A stretch of DNA of 64,000 bases from Candidatus Daviesbacteria bacterium (GCA_030699125.1 JAUYKM010000009.1:291365-355364), one strand, 5' to 3'. Counted from the stretch's first letter, positions 19,118 to 30,002 are shown. The notes: generated from the letters alone by a model not told the origin. Numbers and translations are program-made.

Positions 19118-19713
19118 GGTTGGCAACAACAAGTATCCGCACTTGCACCTTCTGTGCAAAAAGAGTCTCCACCGGATTCGTATACTTCCCCATTAGCGCT
19201 GCATATGGCTGTTGTTGCGCGGCAGGCGCCGCCAACATAAAGCGGGTTCGTGAGTGATTGACAATAAGTCCCGCAAGATACTGCCGGCGCGCCACCACCC
19301 ACTTGATTAGTCCAGGCGGTGTGATATGTTGTGAGGGTAACCGAACCAGTTCGTTGAGCATTCTGTTGCCATGTCACCGTTGCTACAACCTGTTTACGTG
19401 CTGAATCAACCGAAGAAATTACTACCTGCCGGGTAAAAATATCCGTAATATCGCTTGAGCCGGACAAATTCCATTGGTTGCCGGTGGTAGTCAAGCCATA
19501 GGTACCATCAGATAAATTAGAAAAATTTTCATCCCTGATATTTCTGACTGCTTCTAATCCTTCATCAGCAAGCATGACTGCCCGTGCTCTTTGTCCTGCC
19601 AGGGCAGTGCTTTGCTGGCCATAAATTAAACCGCCAAAAAGACCGGTGACAATAAGTCCAAAAACTGCAACTGAGAGCAAAACTTCAACAAGACTGACGC
19701 CTTTTGAATTCAT
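19114..19713 (-). CDS. pseudopilin with Cys-rich C-terminal domain
   Basis: MNSKGVSLVEVLLSVAVFGLIV is a prepilin-like leader plus helix. The C-terminal 60 aa contain 11 Cys. Confidence 0.6.
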   Translation of the reverse strand: MNSKGVSLVEVLLSVAVFGLIVTGLFGGLIYGQQSTALAGQRARAVMLADEGLEAVRNIRDENFSNLSDGTYGLTTTGNQWNLSGSSDITDIFTRQVVISSVDSARKQVVATVTWQQNAQRTGSVTLTTYHTAWTNQVGGGAPAVSCGTYCQSLTNPLYVGGACRATTAICSANGEVYESGGDSFCTEGASADTCCCQP

Positions 19714-20192
19714 TAGTACTCCACCATACCTTTCTCATTTATAGTAACTGAGCGGGAATCACTTTCTGATGATAAACTGACTGTACCGGTTGTTTGTGGC
19801 AGGCCGGTTAATTTTGCAAATACTATTTCGGTAGTACCGCCAACGCTAATGTTTGAGGGTACATCAAATGTTTCGTCAAAATTAATATCGCGGGCAGCAA
19901 AACTGACACCTTTAAAAATTACAATACTGTTATTTTGAGCCTTCATCCCCCAGGTTATATCCCCGTCTACACCTTGGGAAAGAATTTGAGCCCTTTTAAG
20001 AGATGAGGCTGTGACAGTAGCAGCAATATCAAGATCGTTTTTTGAAAGCAATGTCCGATAAATTGGTAAAGATAGCCCTGCAAGGAGGCTGATTATGGCA
20101 ACCGATAAAAGCAATTCGAGAAGAGTGAAACCCTTCGACAAGCTCAGGGCAAGTCCCCTTTCATGGTTTAATTTCTTCAATATATTCTCCAT
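19713..20192 (-). CDS. pilin-like protein (prepilin-type N-terminal motif)
   Basis: LSKGFTLLELLLSVAIISLLAGL. The leader GLALS... is paralogous to that of 17804..18283. Confidence 0.6.
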   Translation of the reverse strand: MENILKKLNHERGLALSLSKGFTLLELLLSVAIISLLAGLSLPIYRTLLSKNDLDIAATVTASSLKRAQILSQGVDGDITWGMKAQNNSIVIFKGVSFAARDINFDETFDVPSNISVGGTTEIVFAKLTGLPQTTGTVSLSSESDSRSVTINEKGMVEY

Positions 20193-21531
20193 TCACCCAA
20201 CCTGAGAAGGTTGCCTCAAGAGTAATTTCATACCAGTTATCTCTTTTATCTTTGTATTCGTAAGTCTCTCCAGGATTAACCCTTCCTATAATACTGGCTG
20301 TCAGAGAGGGATTTTCCCTAACATTTAAATATCCAATCCCTGTTTCCTGAATTTTGAGTTTTAAGGTGGCTGAACTAGTGGCAGATTTTTCTAAAGGACT
20401 TGCAGAAGGCGAGGCTGATTCTTCAACTCTATTTATAATCGGAGCTGGAGATGAACCACTTGAGTTTAAACTCCCCAATAAACTATATAATGGCAATATT
20501 ACAGCTATGGCAACAGCGACTACACCCAACCAGACAATCACCAAAAGTATCGGTTCCAAAAGCACAGAGATGTTTTTGGCTGAATCTTGCGTTTTTGTTT
20601 CATACATCTCGCCGATTTTTATTAAGGTATCAGCTAAATTTCCCGATTGCTCAGCTGTTATGACCAGTTGCTGAACCGGACTCGGGATAAGACTTTTCGT
20701 ATTTTTAAAGAGTTCAAAACTCTTTTGAAAAGAATTGCCTTCTTTAACCCGCTCGTATAAATGAAGATATAATTTTTTATATCTGTAAAGCGCCGAGCTC
20801 TCACTCAAAGACTGCAATGAATCAAGAACCGGTAAACCGGCTTGCAATAAATTCCCCAGAAGCGAACCAAACCTTGCCAGTTCAACTTCTTTTAAAAGAC
20901 CTGCTATAGCCGGAATATAAAATAAAATAGCCTGGCCTAAAAAGTTGGTTTTTTTGAAGATAAAAACAAAAAATAAAAGCAGCAGGCTGATAAAAATAAA
21001 GCCGGGAATAACATAAATACCATATTTACCAAGAAAAGATCCAAAGGCAATAAGCCAGACAGTAATGAGGGGCAATTTTGCATGGAGTGAAGCAAATACA
21101 GATGCCAACCTAGGCAGAATAAACCAGGCAATACCTAGACCTACAGTAATAGTCAGGGTAAAAACAAATCCCGGATACATCATGGCAGAGGTTATTTTGG
21201 AGCGGAATTCTCTTTCTTTCTGCTCTTGTATGGCCACAACTTTTAAGTTTTCTGACAATCTGCCTGACTGCTCACCAATCCTGATGAGTGAAATTGTTGA
21301 TTCGGGAAAAATACCTGCTTTTTCCAGTGAAGCTGATATGGTTGATCCGGAATCAATCTCTGCTTCAATTCCGGCGATTATTTTTTTTAACCTAATGGAT
21401 TTTATTTCTTTTTCAATTGCCGGAAGCGCTAGGGCAACCGGCATCCCGGCTCCTAAAAGCATGGACAGTTGTTCAATAAAATATTCTTTTTCTTTACCAA
21501 TTCCAAAATTTGCAAAATTAAACATTTTCAT
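20161..21531 (-). CDS. pilC: type IV pilus assembly platform protein PilC (GspF family) with C-terminal extension
   Basis: Two GspF-type repeats with three TM helices. An extra C-terminal ~90 aa follows (SH3-like, YEYKDKRDNWYEI). Confidence 0.75.
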   Translation of the reverse strand: MKMFNFANFGIGKEKEYFIEQLSMLLGAGMPVALALPAIEKEIKSIRLKKIIAGIEAEIDSGSTISASLEKAGIFPESTISLIRIGEQSGRLSENLKVVAIQEQKEREFRSKITSAMMYPGFVFTLTITVGLGIAWFILPRLASVFASLHAKLPLITVWLIAFGSFLGKYGIYVIPGFIFISLLLLFFVFIFKKTNFLGQAILFYIPAIAGLLKEVELARFGSLLGNLLQAGLPVLDSLQSLSESSALYRYKKLYLHLYERVKEGNSFQKSFELFKNTKSLIPSPVQQLVITAEQSGNLADTLIKIGEMYETKTQDSAKNISVLLEPILLVIVWLGVVAVAIAVILPLYSLLGSLNSSGSSPAPIINRVEESASPSASPLEKSATSSATLKLKIQETGIGYLNVRENPSLTASIIGRVNPGETYEYKDKRDNWYEITLEATFSGWVNGEYIEEIKP

Positions 21532-23212
21532 TCTTTGGAGGAAGAGCTACCCGCAAAAGCTCCTCAAGCGTGGTAATGCCGTTTTTGATTTTTTCCAATC
21601 CATCTTCAAAAAGTGATTGAGAGCCATTTTTCCGGGCCAGATCAGAAATTTCCTGAGTGGAAGGATGTTTTAAAATTAAATCCTGCATATCCCCTTCTAT
21701 CTGAATAAATTCAAAGATGGCAGTCCTTCCTTTATAGCCGCTCCTGCCACAATTATTACATCCCTTTCCTTTATATAATGATGTTGAAGCATTCGGAAAA
21801 AAATGTTTAGCGCCGGGTAATATTTTTTCCAATTCCTGCTGAGTAGTAGTAAAGCTAACTCTACATTTGGTACAGATTTTCCTTAGTAGCCTTTGGGCAA
21901 TAATCAACTCCAATGAGGATGCCATCATAAATGGCTCAACTCCCATATCCAAAAGCCTGGGGATAGCGGTGGCGCTGTCATTGGCATGAAAAGTGGAAAA
22001 AAGCAGATGTCCTGTCAGGGCAGCATTCACAGCAATTTCCGCGGTTTCCAGATCCCTGATTTCCCCCACCAAAACTATATCCGGGTCCTGCCTGATAATT
22101 GAACGGAGACCTTTGGCAAAAGTCATCTCTGTTTGAGCATTAACCTGAATCTGATTAACCCCTGTAATCTTATACTCAACAGGATCCTCAATTGTAGTTA
22201 TGTTTACACCAGGCAGATTTAGCATCTTGATGAGAGCATAAAGGGTGGTGCTTTTCCCTGAACCTGTGGGACCGGTAACCAGTATCATACCGAAAGGCTT
22301 TTTTGCAGCTTTTAAGAATACTTCCTGATCGACCTTTGAAACACCAAGATCAGCAAAAGTGAACCCTTTAACATATTCAGCTAAAAGCCTGATGACAATA
22401 GTTTCTCCATCAAGAATAGGAACAAGCGAGACCCTCATATCTATGAAGCCCTTATCCCTGGGAAAACGGATCGCGCCATCCTGAGCAGCAAAATGTTCAT
22501 CAATGCGCAAATGAGCTTGAACCTTAATCCTATTTAAGATATTTTCATAGATCTCTTTAGATACTTTGCCTGCTTCCTGCAAAACACCATCCACCCTAAA
22601 CCTCACAATCACCTGCTTTTCTTGTGGCTCAAAATGAATGTCAGAGGCTTTAAAGGTCAGGGCATCGGATACAATCTCTTCAATTATTTCGGGTGCCACT
22701 TTCGTTTGCGTGGCTATAATTTCGGAAAATCTGGTTTCAAGAGGCTTTCTGTAGTGAATAAAAGAAGCTTTTATTTCAGAGGTTGGAGAATATGCAAACG
22801 AAATTTTTTTATTGGGGAAAAACTGTTGAAGGTGCGCTAATAGTTTATTGGCGCGGGGAGGATTGTCCGTTGCAATAACAACACTGGTATCTTCTTCATC
22901 AAAAAGCACAAGGTGATTGTTAATCCCTAATTCCTGTGGAATTTTAAGAACCTGCTCACGGGAAGAAGGCTTAGTATTTAAATCAGCAAAAGGAATTTTG
23001 TAAAATTCGGCAATTGCCTGTCCCAGCAGATTTGGTGTAATAATTCCGTTGGTTAAAAGATATTCCTCAATCGATGATTTACTTATCTTTGCAAAATCCT
23101 CTGCTTTTTGAAGGATTTCAGCAGAAACATAGTTTTCTTTTAGAAGAATGTCTCCTAAGGTAACTCTACGAGTCTTATTTGCTTTTGGTTTACTTGTATC
23201 CATGGGCAGCAA
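21518..23212 (-). CDS. pilB: type IV pilus assembly ATPase PilB (GspE family)
   Basis: Walker A GPTGSGKSTT, Asp/His boxes and a CxxC..CxxC tetracysteine. N-terminal GspII_E domain. Confidence 0.85.
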   Translation of the reverse strand: MLPMDTSKPKANKTRRVTLGDILLKENYVSAEILQKAEDFAKISKSSIEEYLLTNGIITPNLLGQAIAEFYKIPFADLNTKPSSREQVLKIPQELGINNHLVLFDEEDTSVVIATDNPPRANKLLAHLQQFFPNKKISFAYSPTSEIKASFIHYRKPLETRFSEIIATQTKVAPEIIEEIVSDALTFKASDIHFEPQEKQVIVRFRVDGVLQEAGKVSKEIYENILNRIKVQAHLRIDEHFAAQDGAIRFPRDKGFIDMRVSLVPILDGETIVIRLLAEYVKGFTFADLGVSKVDQEVFLKAAKKPFGMILVTGPTGSGKSTTLYALIKMLNLPGVNITTIEDPVEYKITGVNQIQVNAQTEMTFAKGLRSIIRQDPDIVLVGEIRDLETAEIAVNAALTGHLLFSTFHANDSATAIPRLLDMGVEPFMMASSLELIIAQRLLRKICTKCRVSFTTTQQELEKILPGAKHFFPNASTSLYKGKGCNNCGRSGYKGRTAIFEFIQIEGDMQDLILKHPSTQEISDLARKNGSQSLFEDGLEKIKNGITTLEELLRVALPPKNENV

Positions 23213-23225
23213 ATCACTATTTAAA

Positions 23226-23378
23226 TCATAACCTAATTGTTAAAATCTTTCCAGATACTGCCCCAACTATTACAGCAACTAAAATAGATGTTAAAAAATA
23301 TCCCCATCTCATTTTGAATCTCTCAGGAGTAAATGTTTTATTTCTTCCTCGAAACCTTCTGTAGTCCACCTTTGCCAT
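23226..23378 (-). CDS. possible small membrane protein (50 aa) not in ORF track
   Basis: Minus-strand ATG..TGA ORF translating to MAKVDYRRFRGRNKTFTPERFKMRWGYFLTSILVAVIVGAVSGKILTIRL. Basic N-terminus plus one TM helix. Sits in the pilB-TPR intergenic gap. Confidence 0.25.
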   Translation of the reverse strand: MAKVDYRRFRGRNKTFTPERFKMRWGYFLTSILVAVIVGAVSGKILTIRL

Positions 23379-23447
23379 ATTTTAAAACCTGCACAATTTT
23401 GGAAACAGGAGAATTTAAGTAAACTTGCTCACCAAGTCTGACTAGAC

Positions 23448-25061
23448 TCACTTATTGGCCTCAATTAGGCCGGCTCTGGCATATTGATTTTGGGGATCCA
23501 TGGTTAAAACCTGCATAAAGATTTCTTTGGCTTTCTCTTTATCATTCATGGTTAGATAAATTACTCCCAAGTTACTTAAAATATTGGGATTTTTAGGGTT
23601 TATCGAAATACCTTTTTGGATAGCCTCTATAGCCTTATCATATTGCTGCATTTCAAAATATATAGCTGCCATGTTCTGGTATGATTGCCAAAGTACCGGG
23701 CTAAGGGATGCCGCTTTTTGATAATATTCCAAGGCCTTATCATTTTGTCCTAACTCTTTATAAACGTTGCCGGCATTATGATAGGCGTCTGCATAATCTT
23801 CTTTAAGTTGTATAGCATATAAAAACTCCTGTAAAGATCTTTGCTTATCTCCCCACCTGCCGTACACATCACCCAAATTATTGTGAGTATTAGGAGAAGA
23901 AGGAGAGGTTTTGCCAGTGGCAATCCAAAGATTATCTTCATTTTTCCAATCTATGTTTCTGAAAATAGTTCTGATAGACAGAAGAGAAATAATAATTATA
24001 GATAAAACCAAAACAACCATTTTGAATTTATCGCTCAGTTTATAGACTTTTTTTAGTAATAAGACAAAAGGGATAATAATCCCCAAACTGGCCAAATACA
24101 GATATCTTTCTGCCATGATCCAATTCAATCTGAATGGAGTTAAAGTAGGGCTAAGAGCAAGGAAGAAAAAAGCCAGCCAAAAAAAGATAGATTTATTTTT
24201 AAAGAAAGCAAATATTGCTGCTGCAAAAAATAAAAGAGTCACCGAAGCCCTTAAAATAAAGATGTATGTATTAAAAAAGAGTTCAGAATGATAAAGAGTT
24301 AAAGTTTGGGGCCAAAAAATTAGCTCAAAATAAGAAGAGAGGGCAATTGGAATAATTATAAAAATATTGTCTACCCCCCGTTCCTGATAGTGAACTGTTT
24401 GCAGAGTGGATTCTCTTTCAGATAAAGCCCCCAGATTTATAAAAATATAAGCCACCAAAATTAGTAAAAAGGGGATTGATTTAATCCAATGTTTTTTAAG
24501 ATTACCGAAGCACAAATCATAAAGTGGAAAGATTAGAAAAAGGCCAGCCGGCATCACCGGATGGGACATAAAGGAAAATAGGAAAAATACCACTGAAGCC
24601 CAATAAAAGAGTGCTTTTTTCTCAGATGATATATAGAAATAAAATGATAAAAGGAGGAAAAAAGAATATTGGGGATACATTCCTCCAGAAATCCATACCA
24701 CTGCTTCAGCAAATGCTGGGTGAACTGCAAAAATGGCAGCAGCAAGAAATGCTATCAGACGCGAACGGTAAAGCTTAACCAGAATGAAAAAAATAGTAAT
24801 GGTAGAACCAATATGGAATAAAAAGTTGGTAAAACGAAAAACTGCCGGGTTTAACCCACCAATATGGTATGCAGCCCAATAAACTATTAGTCTGATAAAA
24901 CCAAATGGGCGAGTGAAAATACTGCTTAAGTCACCTACCTTGGGGTTATTAACAATTTCTGCCAAATCATCGGAAAGAAAAGCATTATTTAAGGAGTTAG
25001 CATAAGTAATTAAGATCAAGATTACCAGGAAGAGAATAAATATCCAGTTTCTCTTAAACAT
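23448..25061 (-). CDS. TPR-repeat membrane protein (multi-TM N-terminal domain, PMT_2/GT-like, C-terminal TPRs)
   Basis: About 11 predicted TM helices followed by TPR consensus (…AYHNAGNVYKELGQNDKALEYYQKA…). Confidence 0.55.
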   Translation of the reverse strand: MFKRNWIFILFLVILILITYANSLNNAFLSDDLAEIVNNPKVGDLSSIFTRPFGFIRLIVYWAAYHIGGLNPAVFRFTNFLFHIGSTITIFFILVKLYRSRLIAFLAAAIFAVHPAFAEAVVWISGGMYPQYSFFLLLSFYFYISSEKKALFYWASVVFFLFSFMSHPVMPAGLFLIFPLYDLCFGNLKKHWIKSIPFLLILVAYIFINLGALSERESTLQTVHYQERGVDNIFIIIPIALSSYFELIFWPQTLTLYHSELFFNTYIFILRASVTLLFFAAAIFAFFKNKSIFFWLAFFFLALSPTLTPFRLNWIMAERYLYLASLGIIIPFVLLLKKVYKLSDKFKMVVLVLSIIIISLLSIRTIFRNIDWKNEDNLWIATGKTSPSSPNTHNNLGDVYGRWGDKQRSLQEFLYAIQLKEDYADAYHNAGNVYKELGQNDKALEYYQKAASLSPVLWQSYQNMAAIYFEMQQYDKAIEAIQKGISINPKNPNILSNLGVIYLTMNDKEKAKEIFMQVLTMDPQNQYARAGLIEANK

Positions 25062-25113
25062 TTGGAATATATATTAATTCCCTGGGTATCTTTTTTGCAA
25101 GTATAAATCTAGT

Positions 25114-25791
25114 TTAACGAGGGATTTTGAGAACTTGTCCGGGTTCTATTAGGTCAGGATTGGCAATATTATTGACATCTGCTATTTTTTGATAAGCAAA
25201 AATATCCCCATAAGCTCTGCCGGCAATTTTAGAGAGCCAATCTCCAGGAATTACAGTATAAGTATCAGAAGTGATGGGTGGACCCCACTGCTCTCCTATC
25301 ATTGAGGCATCTGATGCGCCTTTTTCACCAGCTGGAACCTGTTCAGTTAAAGGAAGAGTTGTTGGTTCAGGTGTGGGGAGTGGTGTAGGTGAAACTTCAG
25401 CAGTTGTAACTCCCTCAAGTTTGGGGATTTGTAGAACCTGGCCTACTTCTATTTGATTTTCATTGGCCAGTTCGTTCTCTTGAACAATTTCCGGATATTT
25501 GTATCCATCTGAATAATATTTTTCTGCAATGGTAAATAAGGTATCACCTTCTTTGACAGTATATTGGCCGGGAAGATTTTCCGGTGAGACATCTTCACTG
25601 CCCTGGGTCTCCTGGGATGGACCTAAAGAGCCGTCCCCCCTATTGAAGTAATTGAAGATCAAAATCACCACTACCAAAATAATTAACCCACCTAAAATAA
25701 GACTCAGTCTTGATTGGTTTGATTGAACTTCCTCACTGATCTTATCAAGATAATTTTCTGTTTGGGAAACTTCTTTTTTTGGTCTTGCCAT
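25114..25791 (-). CDS. LysM-domain protein (two LysM repeats, membrane anchored)
   Basis: YTVKEGDTLFTIAEKYY..VLQIP and YTVIPGDWLSKIAGRAYGD..GQVLKIP LysM signatures. Confidence 0.7.
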   Translation of the reverse strand: MARPKKEVSQTENYLDKISEEVQSNQSRLSLILGGLIILVVVILIFNYFNRGDGSLGPSQETQGSEDVSPENLPGQYTVKEGDTLFTIAEKYYSDGYKYPEIVQENELANENQIEVGQVLQIPKLEGVTTAEVSPTPLPTPEPTTLPLTEQVPAGEKGASDASMIGEQWGPPITSDTYTVIPGDWLSKIAGRAYGDIFAYQKIADVNNIANPDLIEPGQVLKIPR

Positions 25792-25906
25792 AAATTTAGA
25801 GGCAGTCTGTTAACCGACAGAGGAGCAGAATAGTTATAATGCTTTTTTAGAGCATCTCAAATAGTTTGTCAAGAGGGCAAATTATTGATACAATACTCAA
25901 CAGTTT

Positions 25907-25979
25907 GGGGCCGTAGTGAACCGGTCATCACGTCTCCCTGTCACGGAGAAGATAGCGGGTTCGATTCCCGTCGGCCCCG
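25907..25979 (+). tRNA. tRNA-Asp (anticodon GTC)
   Basis: Acceptor GGGGCCG/CGGCCCC, anticodon stem TCTCC/GGAGA with loop CTGTCAC, T-loop TTCGATT. Confidence 0.8.
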
Positions 25980-26017
25980 CAGAAATCAAAAAATCCGACT
26001 TTCCCGTCTCAATCCCA

Positions 26018-27643
26018 CTACTCTTTTTGGATAATAATGAGACCGTCGGGATCTTCGGTGACTTTTCCCAGTTGGAAAATATTTGCCACATTTTTATCCT
26101 CCAGCGGGCTAAGGTAAAAATATGATCCAGGCAGTGAACTTAAAAAGGAAACAAGTGCCCCCTTTGGTAGTGAGCCGATGTACACGTTTTCATATTTGAA
26201 AAAAGAATACTGATTAAGTTCTGATTTGGTCCTGTTTTGTTCCATCACCAGGCGCGGATCAAGTTTATTGTAGGTAGGATAGGCATACTCCATATTGGGA
26301 ATATCATTGGATAAAATAATATAGTCAAAGTTTCCTCTCTCTTCGTTCGCAATTTGTGAAGCCTGTTTGGCAGAGTATGACCAAAATTCCTCATAAAGTT
26401 GGGGAGCCACAATATAAACTCTTTCATAAAAATAAATAAACTGAATAGATATAGCAAAAATAACTAATCCTATGATAGTTTTCCGCCATATGATTGCTTT
26501 AAGTTCCCATATTTTAGAGAAACCAATGGCCGACAATATTAATATAGGAGGTAGTAAGAATGAGGACCTGAGAGCATGAGCCTCACCCACCAAGGATGAG
26601 GCTATGGGAGTAAGTAGTATCCAGGAAGTTAGTGTAATCAGCAACTTGGGATGAGATTTTTTGAGGGCTGGTAGGGCAAAAATTATGAGTATCAGGCTGA
26701 TCCAGTAAAATTCTCCCATTCCTGATGGGTTATGGCGGGGATTGCTGTCTCCGGTTAAAAATAAAAATTGGCCAGTAAAATTATCTAGGTAATTTTGGAA
26801 AAATATGCCTGTTTTTTCCATATATTTGTTATGGAAGATTGTTTCTATGAATTTTGGTAAATTGATCTTCTCTCTCTCAACAGATATCTTTTGGGTGGTG
26901 GTAGCTTCAGTTTGATCACTTTGGAACACATTAATGTTGGAAAATCTATCGCGCCCACCGATACTAACCATCAGATACAAACCCAGCAGTAAAGAGGCCA
27001 ATAAAATTAAAGCAGTTGGAATAAATATTAATCTGTTTTCAGTTATTTTTTTAAATTTCTGAAAATTGAGTATGATAAATACTGTTAAGATAAGTGGTAT
27101 GGTCAGTCTATAGGTAGCGTAGGTTTGCATACTTAGGGCAAAAGAAAAACCTGCCACCAGGAGCCAGATTGGCCTTTTAAGGCTCTTCAAAAGGCCAAAA
27201 ATACCCAACAAAGCTAAAAATAGAGCAAGATTCGTTTCAAAGGAGCCACGGCTTATCGATATTCCCCAAGGAGAAATAGCCCCCAAAAAAGAGGCAAAAA
27301 GCGCTGTTTTTTTACCAAAGAACTCTATGACAATGAAATAAAGAAGAATCACTATGCCTATCCCTGAGAGAGCTGATACAGTGCGTGCGGCCAAAGCAGT
27401 TGGTCCCAGAATAGAAGCTAGAGGTATGGTGGCATAAACATATACAGGCGGTCTGGCACCTCCCAGCTGAAATACCAGTGGCAATTTTTCTCCTTTTTGA
27501 TCGTAGCCTGTTTGTGAAATAGAGTAGGCATCAAAAGCTAAAGTCAGCTCATCGCCATACATGGCTTTAGGATTGGAGTCAATGTTAATAAATCTTAAAA
27601 TGATAGCTAAAAAAATAATCCCGATTAGAAGGAACTTATTCAC
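26018..27643 (-). CDS. glycosyltransferase family 39-like (ArnT/PMT-type) integral membrane protein
   Basis: Multi-TM protein with a first-loop YGDELT (DE) motif typical of GT-C mannosyl/arabinosyl transferases. 541 aa. Confidence 0.55.
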   Translation of the reverse strand: MNKFLLIGIIFLAIILRFINIDSNPKAMYGDELTLAFDAYSISQTGYDQKGEKLPLVFQLGGARPPVYVYATIPLASILGPTALAARTVSALSGIGIVILLYFIVIEFFGKKTALFASFLGAISPWGISISRGSFETNLALFLALLGIFGLLKSLKRPIWLLVAGFSFALSMQTYATYRLTIPLILTVFIILNFQKFKKITENRLIFIPTALILLASLLLGLYLMVSIGGRDRFSNINVFQSDQTEATTTQKISVEREKINLPKFIETIFHNKYMEKTGIFFQNYLDNFTGQFLFLTGDSNPRHNPSGMGEFYWISLILIIFALPALKKSHPKLLITLTSWILLTPIASSLVGEAHALRSSFLLPPILILSAIGFSKIWELKAIIWRKTIIGLVIFAISIQFIYFYERVYIVAPQLYEEFWSYSAKQASQIANEERGNFDYIILSNDIPNMEYAYPTYNKLDPRLVMEQNRTKSELNQYSFFKYENVYIGSLPKGALVSFLSSLPGSYFYLSPLEDKNVANIFQLGKVTEDPDGLIIIQKE

Positions 27644-27677
27644 ATTTAAGGTATAATATCATATATTAATTGTTTAA

Positions 27678-29420
27678 ATGGAAATTTCCAATCGTCGGAT
27701 TGCCAAGACCTTAAGAGATGTAGCTGCTGCAATAACTATTGAAAAGAGTGGAAATATCTTTGAAATTCGTGCCTACGAGAACGCAGCTGATTCTATAGAA
27801 CACTCCACTGCCGAGATACACGATTTATGGGAAGAAGGCAAATTAGGAGAAGTTCCCGGATTAGGAGAGAAACTTCAAAAATATTTAGATGAGTTATTTA
27901 CTAAGGGAAAAGTGGCACACTTTGAGGCAATTAAGAGGGGTATTCCGACAATTTTTTTTGATCTTTTAGACATTCCCGGCATTGGACCTAAGACAGCTGA
28001 AAGGATTGCCAAACTTGGTGTAAAAAATATAAAGGATCTGGAAAAGCAGATTAAATCTGGTGAGCTGGTTGTTAGAAAAGGTTTTTCAGCTAAAGTTGCA
28101 CGTAAAATTATGGATGGTATTAATGAGTCAACTGCCCGAGAAAAAGGTAGGATGCTTCTTCCTTATGCTTTCTATCAGGTTGAAAAAAATCTTGCATATC
28201 TCAAAAAGAGTAAGGATGTTTTAAATGCTCATTCTTTAGGTTCCCTTAGGAGGATGGTAGCAACTGTGGGAGATTTGGATTTCTCAGTTTCCTCTCATGA
28301 ACCTAAAAAGGTGGTTGATCATTTTTGTAAAATGCCGGGTGTAAAAAGAATAGTAGATCAAGGTATAAATAGGACCACAGTCATCTTAAAGACGGGCATT
28401 CAAGCAGATTTGCTAGTTGGTCATCCAGACTCATATGGGGCGCTTTTGCAGCATTCTACGGGCTCGAAAAGCCATAATATTAAGTTGAGGACATTAGCGA
28501 TTGAGAAAGGATTATCTCTTTCTGAATATGGAGTTAGGAAAACAAGTAACAAGTTAGTAAAAACAAAAACAGAGGAAGAATTTTACAAACTCTTAGGCAT
28601 GAGTGTGCCTCCACCTGAGTTAAGAGAAGATACAGGAGAGATTGAGGCTGCTTTGGAGCACAAATTACCTAAACTGGTTGAACTTGATGATATAAAAGGT
28701 GATCTGCATTTGCATTCCAATTTTCCCATTGAGAAACCATCACATGCCCCGGGGGTTGATTCCATAGAAAAAATTATTGAGAAAGCAGAAGAGCTCGATT
28801 ATGAATATGTAGGGATATCAGATCACTCTCCCAGTTTTAATTTAAGCAAGGAAAAGATAATAGCAACGATTGAGAAGAGGACAAAATTTATTCAATCAAT
28901 AAAACAGAGTACAAAAAGTATTCGAGTACTAAATGGACTCGAAATAGATATTCTTGGTGATGGAAAATTGAGCGTACCTGATGAAGCTTTGAAAACATTG
29001 GATTACTGTATCGCCGGAATCCATTCCGGTCACAGAGGTTCTAAAGAAATTATTACTAAAAGATTAATAACTGTCTTGGAAAATCCTTATGTAGATATAA
29101 TTTCTCATCCTACTAATAGGTTATTGAATGAAAGAGATTCATCAGAAGCTGATTGGGATCAAATTTTTAAATACGCAGCTAAAAATAACAAACTGTTAGA
29201 AATTAATGCTTTTCCCAATAGGTTGGATCTAAGGGATGATTTGGTGAAAGTTGCCCTAAAATATGGAGTGAAGTTTATCATTAATACCGATGCCCATGAA
29301 GTTGAACAGATGAATAATATGAGATTTGGAATATCGGTAGCTCGACGAGGCTGGGTTGAAGCCAAAGATGTTATTAATACCTGGGACTGGACAGAATTTA
29401 AAAATTGGTTTAAACTGTAA
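27678..29420 (+). CDS. polX: DNA polymerase X family protein with C-terminal PHP domain
   Basis: Pol-beta-like N-terminal HhH region and the PHP metal-binding motif GDLHLHSNFP near residue 330. Confidence 0.8.
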   Translation: MEISNRRIAKTLRDVAAAITIEKSGNIFEIRAYENAADSIEHSTAEIHDLWEEGKLGEVPGLGEKLQKYLDELFTKGKVAHFEAIKRGIPTIFFDLLDIPGIGPKTAERIAKLGVKNIKDLEKQIKSGELVVRKGFSAKVARKIMDGINESTAREKGRMLLPYAFYQVEKNLAYLKKSKDVLNAHSLGSLRRMVATVGDLDFSVSSHEPKKVVDHFCKMPGVKRIVDQGINRTTVILKTGIQADLLVGHPDSYGALLQHSTGSKSHNIKLRTLAIEKGLSLSEYGVRKTSNKLVKTKTEEEFYKLLGMSVPPPELREDTGEIEAALEHKLPKLVELDDIKGDLHLHSNFPIEKPSHAPGVDSIEKIIEKAEELDYEYVGISDHSPSFNLSKEKIIATIEKRTKFIQSIKQSTKSIRVLNGLEIDILGDGKLSVPDEALKTLDYCIAGIHSGHRGSKEIITKRLITVLENPYVDIISHPTNRLLNERDSSEADWDQIFKYAAKNNKLLEINAFPNRLDLRDDLVKVALKYGVKFIINTDAHEVEQMNNMRFGISVARRGWVEAKDVINTWDWTEFKNWFKL

Positions 29421-29426
29421 ATTGTC

Positions 29427-29978
29427 ATGTTTACTACTTATATCATTATCGGTGCATTAGTTTTAGTAGTTATCTGGCTGCTTGCTACCTATAATGGTTT
29501 GATTACCCTGAGAAATAGGGTGAAAGAAGCCTGGTCACAGATTGATGTTCAGCTTAAAAGACGTTCTTCTTTGATTCCTAATCTGGTTGAGGCAGTTAAA
29601 GGTTATGCCAAACATGAAAAGGGAGTATTTACTGAAGTGACCAAAGCCAGAACCGCTTTGATGGGGGCTAAAAATCCGCATGAGGCTGCTGAAGCTAATA
29701 ATATGTTAACTGGAGCGCTAAAGAGCCTTTTTGCAGTGGCTGAGGCTTACCCTGAACTTAAAGCTTCCGAGAATTTTAAACAGCTGCAAGAGGAGATTTC
29801 TGATACGGAAACCAAAGTGGCTGCCTCCAGGCAATTTTATAACACCAATGTGTTGGATTTAAATAATTCCTTGGAAACTATTCCTTCTGCCTGGGTTGGG
29901 TCCGCCTTTGGATTTAGAAAAGAAGAATTCTTCAAAGCTACTGATGAAGAAAAAAAAGATATTGAAGTTAAATTTTAG
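29427..29978 (+). CDS. lemA: LemA family protein
   Basis: N-terminal TM segment then [27 protein letters not shown], the LemA signature region. Confidence 0.75.
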   Translation: MFTTYIIIGALVLVVIWLLATYNGLITLRNRVKEAWSQIDVQLKRRSSLIPNLVEAVKGYAKHEKGVFTEVTKARTALMGAKNPHEAAEANNMLTGALKSLFAVAEAYPELKASENFKQLQEEISDTETKVAASRQFYNTNVLDLNNSLETIPSAWVGSAFGFRKEEFFKATDEEKKDIEVKF

Positions 29979-30002
29979 TCTTCAGTGTGTTAATATTTAC
30001 CC

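Noticed and set aside
25897-26125. ORFs 25897..26091 (-) and 25916..26125 (+)
   Set aside because: Both overlap tRNA-Asp and the short gap before the GT39 gene. They are artefacts of translating the tRNA.
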